From: a virus
Lineage: Duplodnaviria > Caudoviricetes
Virus record (IMG/VR): IMGVR_UViG_3300034126_000020
Span: 128,001-192,000 of that record
DNA length: 64,000 bases
Direction: 5' to 3' (one strand)
This document shows, one piece after another, positions 24,992 to 35,153 of this stretch. How positions within the stretch are numbered: position 1 is the first letter of the stretch; each line of letters opens with the position of its first letter. A program made the position numbers and the translations under genes. A model generated the notes under the pieces. That model searched no databases, was not told the origin of the DNA, and saw only the letters and a program-made list of their open reading frames with translations.

Positions 24992-26428
24992 TCAGAAGCG
25001 ACCGCGGCTCTGTGTTTGCTGTGCACCGCTACCGAATGGACGACGACCGGAGGTGCTACGTTCTTCACGACGGAAGTCAGTACGGCTCCAGCTATCGCGA
25101 TCACGGTCAGCATCACGGTCCTTGTCCAGACCCAGGTCGAAACGACGACCGCCACGATCCGTGTCACGGCTGTCACGACCATCACGGTTGTTCCAGCGTC
25201 CACCGCGATCATCACGATCACGGCCACGGTCATCGCGGCTCCAGCGGGTGTCGCGATCACGGTCACTGCCACGACGATCGTCATCACGACGAGTATCGCG
25301 GCCACCGGACAAGTAGTCGTCCAGCGACTTGCCACCCGAACGACGGGCAGGTGGTTCGTCACGGCGAGCTTGGCTGCCTTGGTTGGTGTCATCGTTCAGA
25401 TCGAACGGCAGGTCCAGCGTATCTGCACGCTCAGTCCGACGGGTTTCACCGCTGGCACGAGTAGGCGGAGCAATACGGCTGCTCAGCTTCTCGGTGGTCT
25501 TGGCCACGTCTTTGGCTTCGGCCACGATGATGCAACCTTCGTTACCTTCTTGCGGAGGCACGATACGGCGCATGTCAGCGAGGTCGTCCATGCCGTCAAC
25601 CCAACTGGTGTCGATCAGCAGGTCGTCAGACAGCCAACGGCCAGTTTCCTTGCCGTCTTCGTCCACTGCATGACCCAGCAACTTCTTGTGCGTCTTGATG
25701 ACCGCATTGAGGTGCGAGGCGAACGCATTGAAGCCCATCATCAGCGCGTGGAAGTACGGCGCTGCCATGTTCTTGCTGCCGTAGTCGTAGCCGGCACGAG
25801 TGTCCTCGTCGCCCAGCACGATCTCGAACAGTGCAATCATGTTCTGACGGGCTTTCTTGGACGGGTACTTCACACCCAGCAGTTCGTGTTCGTCGGTCAG
25901 CAACTGATCGAGAACCGGGAACTTGAACTTCGCTGCACGCAGCACGCCGTCCTTGTTGCCCTTACGCAGGCTGATGGAGACCAGACGCTTCTCAGGCTCC
26001 GGCCCGATACGCAGGATGACCTTCTTCAGGAACTCGTAGGAACGTGCGTCCATACCCGAGACCTGCTTGAGGTACTTCGATGCGTCCTTGCCCAGGCGCG
26101 AGTGTTCGCTGTCAGTGGCAGCCACACGGCCCAGCTCGGAGATCAACTGCACCGCGATCACGGTCAGCTTGAACATGATCTGGTCACGCATGGATTTGAT
26201 CATGTCCGATTCACCACGGGTGATGTTCTCGGACAACGGGTGATAGATCACCACACCGCTGTCGTCACCGCGCAGATGCTCGGAAGTAGGCAGCACCACG
26301 CGCTTGTCACCGATCATGAACGGCACAGTACGGTCTTCGCCCAGCACACGGCTCAGGTGACCCTTACCCGTTTCGTCTACGATCCCGATGGCATTGAGCA
26401 CACGGGGGTTAAAATCATGGAGATCCAT
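24992..26428 (-). CDS. Conserved core protein (phiKZ gp70-like) with an R/D/G low-complexity tail
   Basis: 478 aa; tail RRDDDRRGSDRDRD...; synteny. Confidence 0.75.
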   Translation of the reverse strand: MDLHDFNPRVLNAIGIVDETGKGHLSRVLGEDRTVPFMIGDKRVVLPTSEHLRGDDSGVVIYHPLSENITRGESDMIKSMRDQIMFKLTVIAVQLISELGRVAATDSEHSRLGKDASKYLKQVSGMDARSYEFLKKVILRIGPEPEKRLVSISLRKGNKDGVLRAAKFKFPVLDQLLTDEHELLGVKYPSKKARQNMIALFEIVLGDEDTRAGYDYGSKNMAAPYFHALMMGFNAFASHLNAVIKTHKKLLGHAVDEDGKETGRWLSDDLLIDTSWVDGMDDLADMRRIVPPQEGNEGCIIVAEAKDVAKTTEKLSSRIAPPTRASGETRRTERADTLDLPFDLNDDTNQGSQARRDEPPARRSGGKSLDDYLSGGRDTRRDDDRRGSDRDRDTRWSRDDRGRDRDDRGGRWNNRDGRDSRDTDRGGRRFDLGLDKDRDADRDRDSWSRTDFRREERSTSGRRPFGSGAQQTQSRGRF

Positions 26429-26439
26429 GCGTTACTCCC

Positions 26440-27936
26440 TTAGAAATTGAAGTTGCCAGTGTTGCTGAGGATTGGGGACTCTTCGTAGTCATCGTCGGCA
26501 CTCGACCGGCGATTGGACCCGAGTTTGTCCACGATGTCGGTAAGCGAGGAACTCATGGCCCCGATGGTGTCCTGATCATTCGCAATGATCGGCGGTACCA
26601 AGGAGTCACAGAACACAGGGAAGACGTCCTCGAACGGATCTTCGCCTTCCAGCTTGAGCTTGATCACGATGTCGTTTGCCAGACCGGCTTGGACTTCGAT
26701 CTCGAACATGCAGTCCGGCCACGGGAGCATGTCGTAGAACAGCTCGGTCACACAGCGCTCTTCGAACGCCATCAGCGAGCGATCGGTGATCTGCTTGCCA
26801 ATGATCGGCAGGCACTGCGGGATGATCATGACAGGTTCGCCCAACGCCGACATGTTGTCCGCCGAGAACTCGACGTACGCGATGTGGTGGAACGCCATGA
26901 ATGCTGGGAGAGCCCGGGCAATCTGGATAGCGGCGATGGTGCTGTTGTCACGACCGGACCAGCCGGAACGGTTGTGGTGGCTGCGTGCAGTCTCAGGGCG
27001 CTCGAAGAACACCTTGACGTCGTCCCAGACATACTCCGGGTTCATCGCAATCAGCTCACCGTAGGTGATGAAGCCTTGCTCGAGGATGTTGGTCTCACGA
27101 GCAATGTCGGCCAACACTGGGATGCTGCTCACAGTCTTCTCACGGACTTGGGAGCGTGCATCTTTCAGGATCGAGCCGGTGTCACGATCGAACTGGTTGC
27201 CTTGGCCGAAGACTTCGCCTTCATTCGCAGTTGCCAGCGCTTTGATCGAGCGGTGCAGGTAACGAGTGGAGGAGTCATTGAGACGGTTGGACATCCGCAG
27301 GCCTTTACCGGTGAACCCATGGCGCATGTCCAGGTAGTTCTCTTTCTCGGCACGGCGGTTGAACGCGTTCGACACCACGTTCTTCGGGTTATTGTGGAAC
27401 ACGTCTTCTGGACGCATCACCAGCGTACCCGCTGACATTCGGTCACGGCTGAAGTCCGGCAAGACTTGCGGCGCAATCAAATGGTTGGAACTGGCAATCT
27501 GGGTCTGCCAACCACGACGGGTCGGGGTATCCATGTAGCTTTGGTTCAGCTCGGTCACGGAGTTGAAGTACAACGCCATGTTCTCATCGAGCTTGATGCC
27601 GCGGATGCCTTGGGAAGCGCCCACGTAGTCGGTATAGCCGGAGATCTCCAGGGTCCGGATGTCGGTACGGCTTTTGCGAACCAGAACGGTCATCATGAAC
27701 ATGAACCGCTTCTCGCCCCAGCCATTGGCAATGATCGCACTGCCTTGGTGTTGGGACGCCGGACGGATGATTCGACCCGCCACACGGCTCAGAGCCGCTG
27801 GAGTCAGGTCTTCACCGCCACGGGTGTCACGGTCCAGGATGCCGATCAATTCGTCGGTGGCATCGGCGTAATAAGGACGGAGTTGCATGTCCTTGTAGCC
27901 CGAGCGCTCACGGAATACGAGATCAATTAGTTGCAT
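26440..27936 (-). CDS. picA: Nuclear-shell import factor PicA/Imp1 (phiKZ gp69-like)
   Basis: Position between gp68-like and gp70-like genes and ~500-aa size; start set at MQLIDL (GGAG RBS). Confidence 0.72.
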   Translation of the reverse strand: MQLIDLVFRERSGYKDMQLRPYYADATDELIGILDRDTRGGEDLTPAALSRVAGRIIRPASQHQGSAIIANGWGEKRFMFMMTVLVRKSRTDIRTLEISGYTDYVGASQGIRGIKLDENMALYFNSVTELNQSYMDTPTRRGWQTQIASSNHLIAPQVLPDFSRDRMSAGTLVMRPEDVFHNNPKNVVSNAFNRRAEKENYLDMRHGFTGKGLRMSNRLNDSSTRYLHRSIKALATANEGEVFGQGNQFDRDTGSILKDARSQVREKTVSSIPVLADIARETNILEQGFITYGELIAMNPEYVWDDVKVFFERPETARSHHNRSGWSGRDNSTIAAIQIARALPAFMAFHHIAYVEFSADNMSALGEPVMIIPQCLPIIGKQITDRSLMAFEERCVTELFYDMLPWPDCMFEIEVQAGLANDIVIKLKLEGEDPFEDVFPVFCDSLVPPIIANDQDTIGAMSSSLTDIVDKLGSNRRSSADDDYEESPILSNTGNFNF

Positions 27937-29488
27937 GGGTACGGCTCCCGATGGTGTTATTGACATGAATGATCATGTCTGCAAGTTGTCGTCTGATGTC
28001 GCCCGAGATGTACATGTAGCCAGTCTGGGTGAGCATCGGTACGCGGTTGATAATGTCGCGGGGTGCATGTGGTTTCCAAGCCCGGCCACTCATCCAGTCC
28101 ACAACCATGTCGATTGCAGTCACGGCGACGTTGCCACGCTTGCCCGGCTCTTGACGTTTCGTTTCCTGACGCCAGTGCGGGTATTGCTTGTCCAGGATCT
28201 CGGCTTGGATCTTGGTGATCTTGTTACGAGTTTCCGTCGGGATGTAGGTCTCGCCTTCATCGCTGATGTACTCCTCTGCCGATACCAGGATTGCCAACTC
28301 ATGAAAGCCCCAGTGATCGAGGATGGCCTGAGCCACGCCCATCAAACGGAACTCTGTGCGCTTGAGCAGCAATTCACGGGCTTCTGGCGAGATCGTCCGG
28401 ATAACCCAGAAGATGATCGCTTTCTGGAAGTCTTCCACCTTGCGCTCTTCATGACGAGAGCAGATGGCGACACACTGCTGCACACGAGCAATGTCCAGAG
28501 TTGCATCAGCCCGTACGACGATGACGTTGGTGTTCTCGCTGAACACTTCGAGCAACTGACGGTCGCCTTCGGTGATCTCGGTGGTTTGACCGTAGTCATC
28601 CCAGACCGACGAGTTATCCTCATCGCCTTTGTCCAGACTGCGAGAACGTTTGGCCTGTACCACGCCGGTGACGCTTTGGAAGCGACCATCCATGCGCAGG
28701 TGCGTACCTGTCACGTAGTTGAACAAGATGCGAGCCAGACTATCCCGATCCACCGGAGTGGACAGTGGCCCGATGGAGATCTTGCGGACTAATGCCATAG
28801 CCATCAAGTGACGCGGTACTTCTTCACTCGACAGGCCCGCCATGACCATGGTCATGCTGATCTCTTTGTCCACCGATGCCTCGATGTACTCCATCATGCG
28901 GATATAAGGAGGCCATTGGTTGACGCCAGCCAGCTCGATGAGCTTGACCGCTTCGGATTCCTTGTAACCGTTGCCGTGGGTAGACGCCACGTTCTGGATG
29001 TACATGCCCCATACGGGGACAATCATCCGCAAACCCAGTGCCATGGCTTGCAAGTCGATGTAGTCCGAACGGATGTACGTACGACTGCGGTAGTTGCGAC
29101 CGCGTTCGTTGAACTCCTCGAACTTATCGTTCACATCGCTCGGAACTTCCAAGCGAGCATGATCAACCCATTCACGCACCACCGGCCAAGTGATGATCTT
29201 GTACAGGTCTTTGACAACCTGCTCGATCTCAGCACGGATAAAGAACGAAGAACGGATCTCTTCGGAAGACAGGTACTCGTTTACTTTGAGGTACAGATCC
29301 CACAGCTTGGCCTGTTGCTCAGGCGGAAGGCTTGAAAGGAACTCATTGGTCTCCTTGAACAGTGTGTCACGGTTGATGATCGCAGCCGAATGGTAGCTGC
29401 CTGCCGACAGCTTCATTGAATTGCCGCGGTGTTCCAGGGTGAGGGAGGTGATTCCCTTACTTGACAGTTCATTAAGCTGAATCTGCAC
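27923..29488 (-). CDS. nvRNAP promoter-specificity subunit (phiKZ gp68-like)
   Basis: ~520 aa, N-terminal LTLEHRG motif, synteny; GTG start with GAGG RBS. Confidence 0.8.
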   Translation of the reverse strand: MQIQLNELSSKGITSLTLEHRGNSMKLSAGSYHSAAIINRDTLFKETNEFLSSLPPEQQAKLWDLYLKVNEYLSSEEIRSSFFIRAEIEQVVKDLYKIITWPVVREWVDHARLEVPSDVNDKFEEFNERGRNYRSRTYIRSDYIDLQAMALGLRMIVPVWGMYIQNVASTHGNGYKESEAVKLIELAGVNQWPPYIRMMEYIEASVDKEISMTMVMAGLSSEEVPRHLMAMALVRKISIGPLSTPVDRDSLARILFNYVTGTHLRMDGRFQSVTGVVQAKRSRSLDKGDEDNSSVWDDYGQTTEITEGDRQLLEVFSENTNVIVVRADATLDIARVQQCVAICSRHEERKVEDFQKAIIFWVIRTISPEARELLLKRTEFRLMGVAQAILDHWGFHELAILVSAEEYISDEGETYIPTETRNKITKIQAEILDKQYPHWRQETKRQEPGKRGNVAVTAIDMVVDWMSGRAWKPHAPRDIINRVPMLTQTGYMYISGDIRRQLADMIIHVNNTIGSRTHATN

Positions 29489-29522
29489 TTGGTACAACCT
29501 CGATGGTTACTGGTTACAATGA

Positions 29523-29533
29523 GATAATGTATC
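29523..29533 (-). promoter_or_regulatory. Early promoter motif GATACATTATC
   Basis: Exact copy upstream of the gp68-like gene. Confidence 0.7.
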
Positions 29534-29574
29534 GCCGAAAAGCACTCGAGCAGAACGCCGTCAGGGTATAAGAG

Positions 29575-29606
29575 TCGACACAGGACCAAGACTGGTCCTG
29601 TGTCGA
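29575..29606. terminator. 14-bp hairpin downstream of the ChmC-like gene
   Basis: tcgacacaggacca-agac-tggtcctgtgtcga. Confidence 0.55.
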
Positions 29607-29628
29607 TGCTGGCTATGTCGGGCTCGTT

Positions 29629-30420
29629 TTAAAGAGGCACGTCGTCACTGAAGTCGAAGCCAGTGCCGCCAGATACCTGGGCAGGCGCTTGAGTTTGACC
29701 ACCACTGTTGCCACCCCAACCGCCGCCGCCGGAATTACCGCCGCCATTGTTGTTGCCGCCCCAGTTATTACCACCGCCACCTTGACGGTTACCGCCGTTG
29801 TTGCCACCACCGCCCCACTGGCCACCGCCACCGTTGTTGTTCTGCTCACGGCGCTGCATCCAAGCTGGCTTGGCGTAGTTCTTCTCGATCACGACCGGCA
29901 GGTACTCACGCACCACGTCGATCCAACCCAGGCAGTACAGCTTCGAAGCCACGTCTACTGGCATGGTGCCTTGGCCATCGCGGAACTGATGGTAGGTGCA
30001 GTCCAGGAACGGGAACTCGATCAAAGGACGGTTCTTGCCTGCACTGATGCAGATCGAGATCACGCCTTCGTTGTTTTTTTCGAGCTTGATCATGCTCATG
30101 ATGGACGGGTTCGGGTCACGCTTCTTATCAACGAAGCGGTGGCCTTTGTTGTCCAGGAACACGATGGTCGGACCAGTCGCGTTAGCAACCAGTTCCAGCG
30201 CACGGAGAACGGAGAAGAAGGCACGGTTAGACAGTGCGGCTTCAATCTTGCCGTGGTTCTTGTCGTTCGGGACGCGAGTCTTCACGACAAGACGTGGGTT
30301 GTTCTCGTAGTAAGCCGGACGCAGAGTGGGTTCGCCCTCCATGCCGTCTTGTTTCTTTGCTTTGAGGGCCAGCGAAGGGTCGTCGAGAATCGTTTCGACC
30401 CGCGCGTTCTGTTCACTCAT
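29629..30420 (-). CDS. chmC: ChmC-like nucleic-acid-binding protein (phiKZ gp67-like) with a G/N-rich tail
   Basis: NNNGGGGQWGGGGNNGG low-complexity tail ending FDFSDDVPL; lies immediately upstream of the gp68-like gene. Confidence 0.72.
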   Translation of the reverse strand: MSEQNARVETILDDPSLALKAKKQDGMEGEPTLRPAYYENNPRLVVKTRVPNDKNHGKIEAALSNRAFFSVLRALELVANATGPTIVFLDNKGHRFVDKKRDPNPSIMSMIKLEKNNEGVISICISAGKNRPLIEFPFLDCTYHQFRDGQGTMPVDVASKLYCLGWIDVVREYLPVVIEKNYAKPAWMQRREQNNNGGGGQWGGGGNNGGNRQGGGGNNWGGNNNGGGNSGGGGWGGNSGGQTQAPAQVSGGTGFDFSDDVPL

Positions 30421-30503
30421 CTGTGTTACTCCAAACCAAAAAGTGTGATCGGCTTCTATTCAAAAGATAGGACCTTGGTGTTTCTTTTTACCCACGGGCT
30501 CCC

Positions 30504-31373
30504 CTAGCCTTTCGAGTAAAGATTGATCACCAGTTTTTCAAGTTCAGGCTCGTAAGCCTTCTTTACAGACTGGATGATGTAGTCCTTAGTCGTCATGGCA
30601 TGCCAGCGGTTCTTCTGAGCGATGTCGAGCATGATCCTTCGGTACTTGATCGGAAAGCCTGTGAACAGGTTCCCGTTGTCTCCGAAGAACTGTAGCGTCA
30701 TCCGATCAAACGGAATGTGCTCAAGCTCTTTACCATTGGTAAGCTTGGTGTACCACAGGGCTGGAGGCTTAGTGGCGCCGGTGTGCGATTCGAGCAACGT
30801 GATGGCTGCGAACTTGTACCGCTGCAAGAGATCCACAGCGTAGTTCGACAGCAGCAACACTTTACGGGCGTCCGGTGGCAGCTCCATATCGGTTTCGATA
30901 GGGCGGATGTTCGGATGCTCGTGCAGGATACGGCGGAACTCAATGACCGTGTTCTCTTCACGAAGCGCTGCGTAGCGCTGACGATCGGTGTTCGCGTTCT
31001 TGAGAATGCCGTACTGGAACTTGCGAGGCAGGTCCCGGTAGTTACATAGATAAGGCTGGACTTTCACCCGACCTTTGGAAACCAGCGACACCGCTTGTTC
31101 AATGGTGGTCAGCTCATTCACCAGGCTGAAGGCCAAGTCTTCCGGGAAGACCGCGCTGAGCTGCTCAGCGTCAATGGCCCCGACCATGTTCCGGATCAAG
31201 GTCCGGATGTTGACGTACAGGACGTCCACGTTGTGAATGATGGGCTTGGGGTTGTGGTTGTCCTCAAGGATGCCGAAGGCACCCTCAAGGGCCAGACTGG
31301 TGCCAATGGAGATGGGGATTTGCCCCAGCTCACGTCCCGACAGCGCCGCTTGGGCGCTAGGATCACTGATCAT
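30504..31373 (-). CDS. Conserved core protein (phiKZ gp66-like)
   Basis: 289 aa; synteny between the SbcD-like and ChmC-like genes. Confidence 0.7.
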   Translation of the reverse strand: MISDPSAQAALSGRELGQIPISIGTSLALEGAFGILEDNHNPKPIIHNVDVLYVNIRTLIRNMVGAIDAEQLSAVFPEDLAFSLVNELTTIEQAVSLVSKGRVKVQPYLCNYRDLPRKFQYGILKNANTDRQRYAALREENTVIEFRRILHEHPNIRPIETDMELPPDARKVLLLSNYAVDLLQRYKFAAITLLESHTGATKPPALWYTKLTNGKELEHIPFDRMTLQFFGDNGNLFTGFPIKYRRIMLDIAQKNRWHAMTTKDYIIQSVKKAYEPELEKLVINLYSKG

Positions 31374-31381
31374 ACTGACTC

Positions 31382-32545
31382 CTATGCTGCCTCTTTATAT
31401 TTGTCCAAGACAGCAAGGACCTTGAGCGACCGAACATCAGTGACGTCAACACCTTGACGCGTCATCCGTTCAGACACTAGGTGGCCAATGTTGGTAGGTG
31501 TGATACTGATTGGTTTCACCACCGGAGCCTGCTGCTGAGTCAGGACTACTTCTTCCTGAGTCTTCAGATCATCCTGCTGTGTGGTCAGTCGGAACTGAGG
31601 GAACCGCTTACGCAAGTCCTTCAACCCGTACTGCACCGTACCACCCCGTTGAATCAGCAGCCGGAAACTCGACTGGTCTGGTTCGTTCTCGTACTGAGCC
31701 AAGAGTTCGATGGTCTCATCAATGTCTTGGTTACGGCAGTCCAGCGTCTTATAGAGCCGGGCACCGGTGTTCTCGACGAACCAATGGTAGTTACCGGCAG
31801 GCGATATGCACGCCCGGTAATGTCCCTTAGCAGCTTCCTCACCGTGAGACAGACGATCGAATGACCCTTGGGCCAAGATCCAGGCGCCGTAGCGTGTCAT
31901 CTCAGTGCGGATGTGTACGTGACCAATGCCGATGAAGTGCCGGACAATGGACAGGTACGCGTCGCTGTTGTGGTTCTTGCTCGACTCAATCGGCAACTGG
32001 TAATCAAAGGAGCCGTGCATACAGCCCACGTCGACTTTGTCCAGCCCGTGAATCGACATCAATTCTTGGACCTGAGCCCATGTAACACTGGCGTCAGCGT
32101 TCCACTCATCCGGCACGTACAGCACGCTCAGGTTGTCCAGCTCTGCAATCACCTCAATACTCAAGGTATCGACGTAGCGCAGGTTAGCGGGATTGTCCAG
32201 CGTGTTGTTGACGTTGACGAACTGTTTCGACTGGCGCCAGTCATGGCTTGGAGTGCCTTCGAGGACCCGCACGATAATGTTGCGTTTCGCGCAGATGCGA
32301 AGAAGATCACCGATCCACTCTTGGATGGCATCCACCTCATCCTGAGGTAAACTCATCAGGCGGTCAAAGACATCGCCTGCAAAGAAGATAACATCAAGCT
32401 TGCCCGTCTGCTCATCATCGGGAAACGCCTTGCGGAGGTTGTCGATGATGTGGTACGTGTTGGTGCGTGGATGGGCTAAGTGGATGTCGGAGATGAACGC
32501 CATGAGTCTTTCAGAGCGGTTCGATGTCGTCGTCTTCAATCTCAT
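31382..32545 (-). CDS. SbcD/Mre11-like metallophosphoesterase nuclease
   Basis: SDIH, AGDVFD, GTPSHD, MHG and GHVH motifs. Confidence 0.88.
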   Translation of the reverse strand: MRLKTTTSNRSERLMAFISDIHLAHPRTNTYHIIDNLRKAFPDDEQTGKLDVIFFAGDVFDRLMSLPQDEVDAIQEWIGDLLRICAKRNIIVRVLEGTPSHDWRQSKQFVNVNNTLDNPANLRYVDTLSIEVIAELDNLSVLYVPDEWNADASVTWAQVQELMSIHGLDKVDVGCMHGSFDYQLPIESSKNHNSDAYLSIVRHFIGIGHVHIRTEMTRYGAWILAQGSFDRLSHGEEAAKGHYRACISPAGNYHWFVENTGARLYKTLDCRNQDIDETIELLAQYENEPDQSSFRLLIQRGGTVQYGLKDLRKRFPQFRLTTQQDDLKTQEEVVLTQQQAPVVKPISITPTNIGHLVSERMTRQGVDVTDVRSLKVLAVLDKYKEAA

Positions 32546-33107
32546 CGAGGGTTTTCCTGACCGGGGTAGCGTCCTTACCGGTGTCTTCACCGAGGAAGCC
32601 GAGTTGGGCGGCCACTGCTGGGGCATTCTCACCGAACATACGTTCCAGCGGAATGTTGTAGCGGCGGTAGATCTTGGCCCACATCAGACCATAGACAGCG
32701 GAGATCGCGTCAGCCGGACTGTAGTTCAAGGCCATCAGGCGCTGCACGAAACCGTCGATCACCATGCCTGGGGCGTTGGTGGTCACTTGAGCGTCGTACT
32801 CTGCACTCAACTCGCCGATGTCCGTTTCAGGCCGCGCATGAATAGAGCGGATCGTCATCGGAGTCGGGGAGATCAGTGGTGGAACGGTGAACAGGATCTT
32901 GGCAGGGTTGCCATTCTCGTAGACGTCGATCATGCGGTTGGCATGACCAGCAGCGGCTACATAGATGTCAACACGCACGTTTTCACCTGACCCATTGGGC
33001 ACAAGGTGGGGCAAGAGTCGCTGGATGAAGTCACGCTCGTTCATGCGAGCATTGGCTTCTTTATCCATTTCGTCGAGCCGTTTGAAATCGTCATCGGTCA
33101 GCTGCAT
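32511..33107 (-). CDS. Conserved core hypothetical protein
   Basis: 198 aa, GGAG RBS. Confidence 0.75.
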   Translation of the reverse strand: MQLTDDDFKRLDEMDKEANARMNERDFIQRLLPHLVPNGSGENVRVDIYVAAAGHANRMIDVYENGNPAKILFTVPPLISPTPMTIRSIHARPETDIGELSAEYDAQVTTNAPGMVIDGFVQRLMALNYSPADAISAVYGLMWAKIYRRYNIPLERMFGENAPAVAAQLGFLGEDTGKDATPVRKTLDEIEDDDIEPL

Positions 33108-33125
33108 GGCAGTCTCTCCGGTAAA

Positions 33126-33147
33126 GGGAGAGGCCGAAGCCTCTCCC
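33126..33147 (-). terminator. Intrinsic terminator
   Basis: gggagaggc-cgaa-gcctctccc. Confidence 0.75.
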
Positions 33148-33155
33148 AGTGCGAC

Positions 33156-34001
33156 TTAGTGAACGATCGGAGCTTCCGACGCCGACAGAGCCGGGTCAAC
33201 CGCTTCGCCAGCCGGAGCCTGGGCTTCTTCAGCCACCGGAGCGGCAGCGCCAGCCACTTGGCTCAGGGCTGCCTTGGCGCCTTCTTGAGCTTGCTTGCGG
33301 AAGGTTTCCAGGTGCACGTCTTCAACGACGTAGTACGGACGACCGATGGATGCGCCGTAACCGGCCAGCAGGTTGCCGAAGACTTCCGGGATCACTTCGG
33401 ATTGCAGGCTTTCGGACAGCTTGTCGCCGCTTACCCATTCGCCGGTTTCTTTCAGCTGCTCTTCAACCAGCACGCCGCCTTCTTCCAGCAGGGTCACGCG
33501 GATTGCGCCTGGGATTGCCTGCTCGATCACGACCAGTTCAGGAGTGCGCTGAACGGAAGCACGGGCCTTGAAGGCAATGGCGTTGGCGCCGGCGATCAGG
33601 AAGCGCTGAGCCAGGCTGTCGACCATGACCTGATCGGTGAAGATACGGTCGATGTGCGAAGCGGTCAGTTCGACGATGGTGCGTTGCAGGCCCAGCAGCG
33701 CGTTGTTGGCGCTTTCCAGAGCGTGTTCGGTGGTTTCCAGGCGGGAGCCCAGATCAGTCACCAGCTCTTCCAGCTTGGCAATGCGCGCGTTCTGACGGTA
33801 TTCGTCTTCTTCGGCTTGCGAAGCAGGCTGGATGCCTTCGACGGTTTCAGTGAACACAGCGCCGCCACGGGTCACTTGGTACGTATCACCAACAACCAGG
33901 TCACCGGCACGGACTTCGGTGCCGTCTGGACGGGTGAACAGCGCGTCAGACAGAGCGAACACAGGGCCGAGGGCAGTGAAGAGTTTGATAAGGTGGGACA
34001 T
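33156..34001 (-). CDS. Hypothetical protein with a coiled coil; codon bias suggests high expression
   Basis: Start MSHLIK with AGGAG RBS; strong GC3 bias. Confidence 0.75.
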   Translation of the reverse strand: MSHLIKLFTALGPVFALSDALFTRPDGTEVRAGDLVVGDTYQVTRGGAVFTETVEGIQPASQAEEDEYRQNARIAKLEELVTDLGSRLETTEHALESANNALLGLQRTIVELTASHIDRIFTDQVMVDSLAQRFLIAGANAIAFKARASVQRTPELVVIEQAIPGAIRVTLLEEGGVLVEEQLKETGEWVSGDKLSESLQSEVIPEVFGNLLAGYGASIGRPYYVVEDVHLETFRKQAQEGAKAALSQVAGAAAPVAEEAQAPAGEAVDPALSASEAPIVH

Positions 34002-34011
34002 GAAGCACTCC

Positions 34012-34434
34012 TTAGTTGAGTAGGTCAGCCAGAATGAAAGGCTTACCGTCATTTTGCAGATCAATGATGCTGCGAATTTTGGAATCGGTGGACGTCACTA
34101 CGTGTTGAATGTCAATCGTCTTGTCACCGTCTCGTAGGATAGCACCGATTTGTAAATCAATACTGGGTCCTTTGACTACGGTGTTAACATCGAGAGTGAC
34201 CTCATCGAATTGACGCCCGAAGTAGTCTTCCAGGATGTCTCGGACCTCGGTCTCAAGGTCTGAGGGGCTGTTCCCGAAACGACTGATGATGTCCCCCAGG
34301 CTCGCAATGGAACCGCGATAGAAGTCGGACTGCGACCGCTGGGAGGTGTAGAAATTGGTCAGGGCTTCATCAGCCTTGATGGTCAAGTCGGTAGCAAAAC
34401 CAGGACTACCCAAGACCGGGATAACACGTGCCAT
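34012..34434 (-). CDS. Conserved core hypothetical protein
   Basis: Start trimmed to MARVIPVLG (GGAG RBS). Confidence 0.7.
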   Translation of the reverse strand: MARVIPVLGSPGFATDLTIKADEALTNFYTSQRSQSDFYRGSIASLGDIISRFGNSPSDLETEVRDILEDYFGRQFDEVTLDVNTVVKGPSIDLQIGAILRDGDKTIDIQHVVTSTDSKIRSIIDLQNDGKPFILADLLN

Positions 34435-34519
34435 AGGACACTCCAGACGAAAAAGAAAAGGGGTGAGGCGGTTGCGGAGCACATACCCATAGGGCAGTGC
34501 TCCACTAGGCCTCGCTCCT

Positions 34520-35143
34520 TTACAGCGACCCGTTGTTAGGATCGCTTGGATCGTCCAAGCCGTCGTCGAGGAAAGCTTCGAAGTTAGCCCACATGCTGTC
34601 CTTAACCAAGGTTTGCTCGGCAAAGCGCAGCGGACCACGGTTGTCACCGTCACGGATCGTGAGGTACTGAGTACTTACAGCACCGCCTTCATCGTTAAAG
34701 GTGAACAGCCCGTCCATGACAGCCTGGTAATCTGGGTTATCCTCGCCATGCTTCCCTTGGAAGTAATTGACGAAGGAATCACGCCAGCCATTCATCATGT
34801 CCTTCTCGAACAGTTTCTGAGCGCGCGGGTTAGCCATGAGCCAACGCTGCTGATCAGGCCCAGCTTGTTGGAACTGACCGATCTTGAACATCGGCCGGAT
34901 CTCATCCCGATCAAACAGGTGACTGACTTTCCGTTTGAGTGCGTCCATCTTGCGTTCCAGACGATCAAAGTCAAACGACTCGAACCGCTGTACCGCTCGA
35001 CTGAACACTTCACTGCCCGCAAGCCCATAGGACCGAGCAGTGTTTTCCATACGCTGTCGGATAGCCGCACGGTCCTCCGATCGCGGAAGTCCGTAGTGCA
35101 TGACACCGAACTCCTGATCATCAGCGTAGATAGCTATCGCCAT
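34520..35143 (-). CDS. Conserved core protein (phiKZ gp59-like by synteny)
   Basis: Start MAIAIYAD with GAGGAG RBS, directly after the nvRNAP catalytic subunit. Confidence 0.7.
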   Translation of the reverse strand: MAIAIYADDQEFGVMHYGLPRSEDRAAIRQRMENTARSYGLAGSEVFSRAVQRFESFDFDRLERKMDALKRKVSHLFDRDEIRPMFKIGQFQQAGPDQQRWLMANPRAQKLFEKDMMNGWRDSFVNYFQGKHGEDNPDYQAVMDGLFTFNDEGGAVSTQYLTIRDGDNRGPLRFAEQTLVKDSMWANFEAFLDDGLDDPSDPNNGSL

Positions 35144-35153
35144 GGTGTACTCC

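Noticed and set aside
29689-29830. GGN/AAC trinucleotide-like repeats, also the CGN/GAC repeats at 25100-25320
   Set aside because: Fully explained by the low-complexity protein tails of the ChmC-like and gp70-like genes; not independent DNA repeats.
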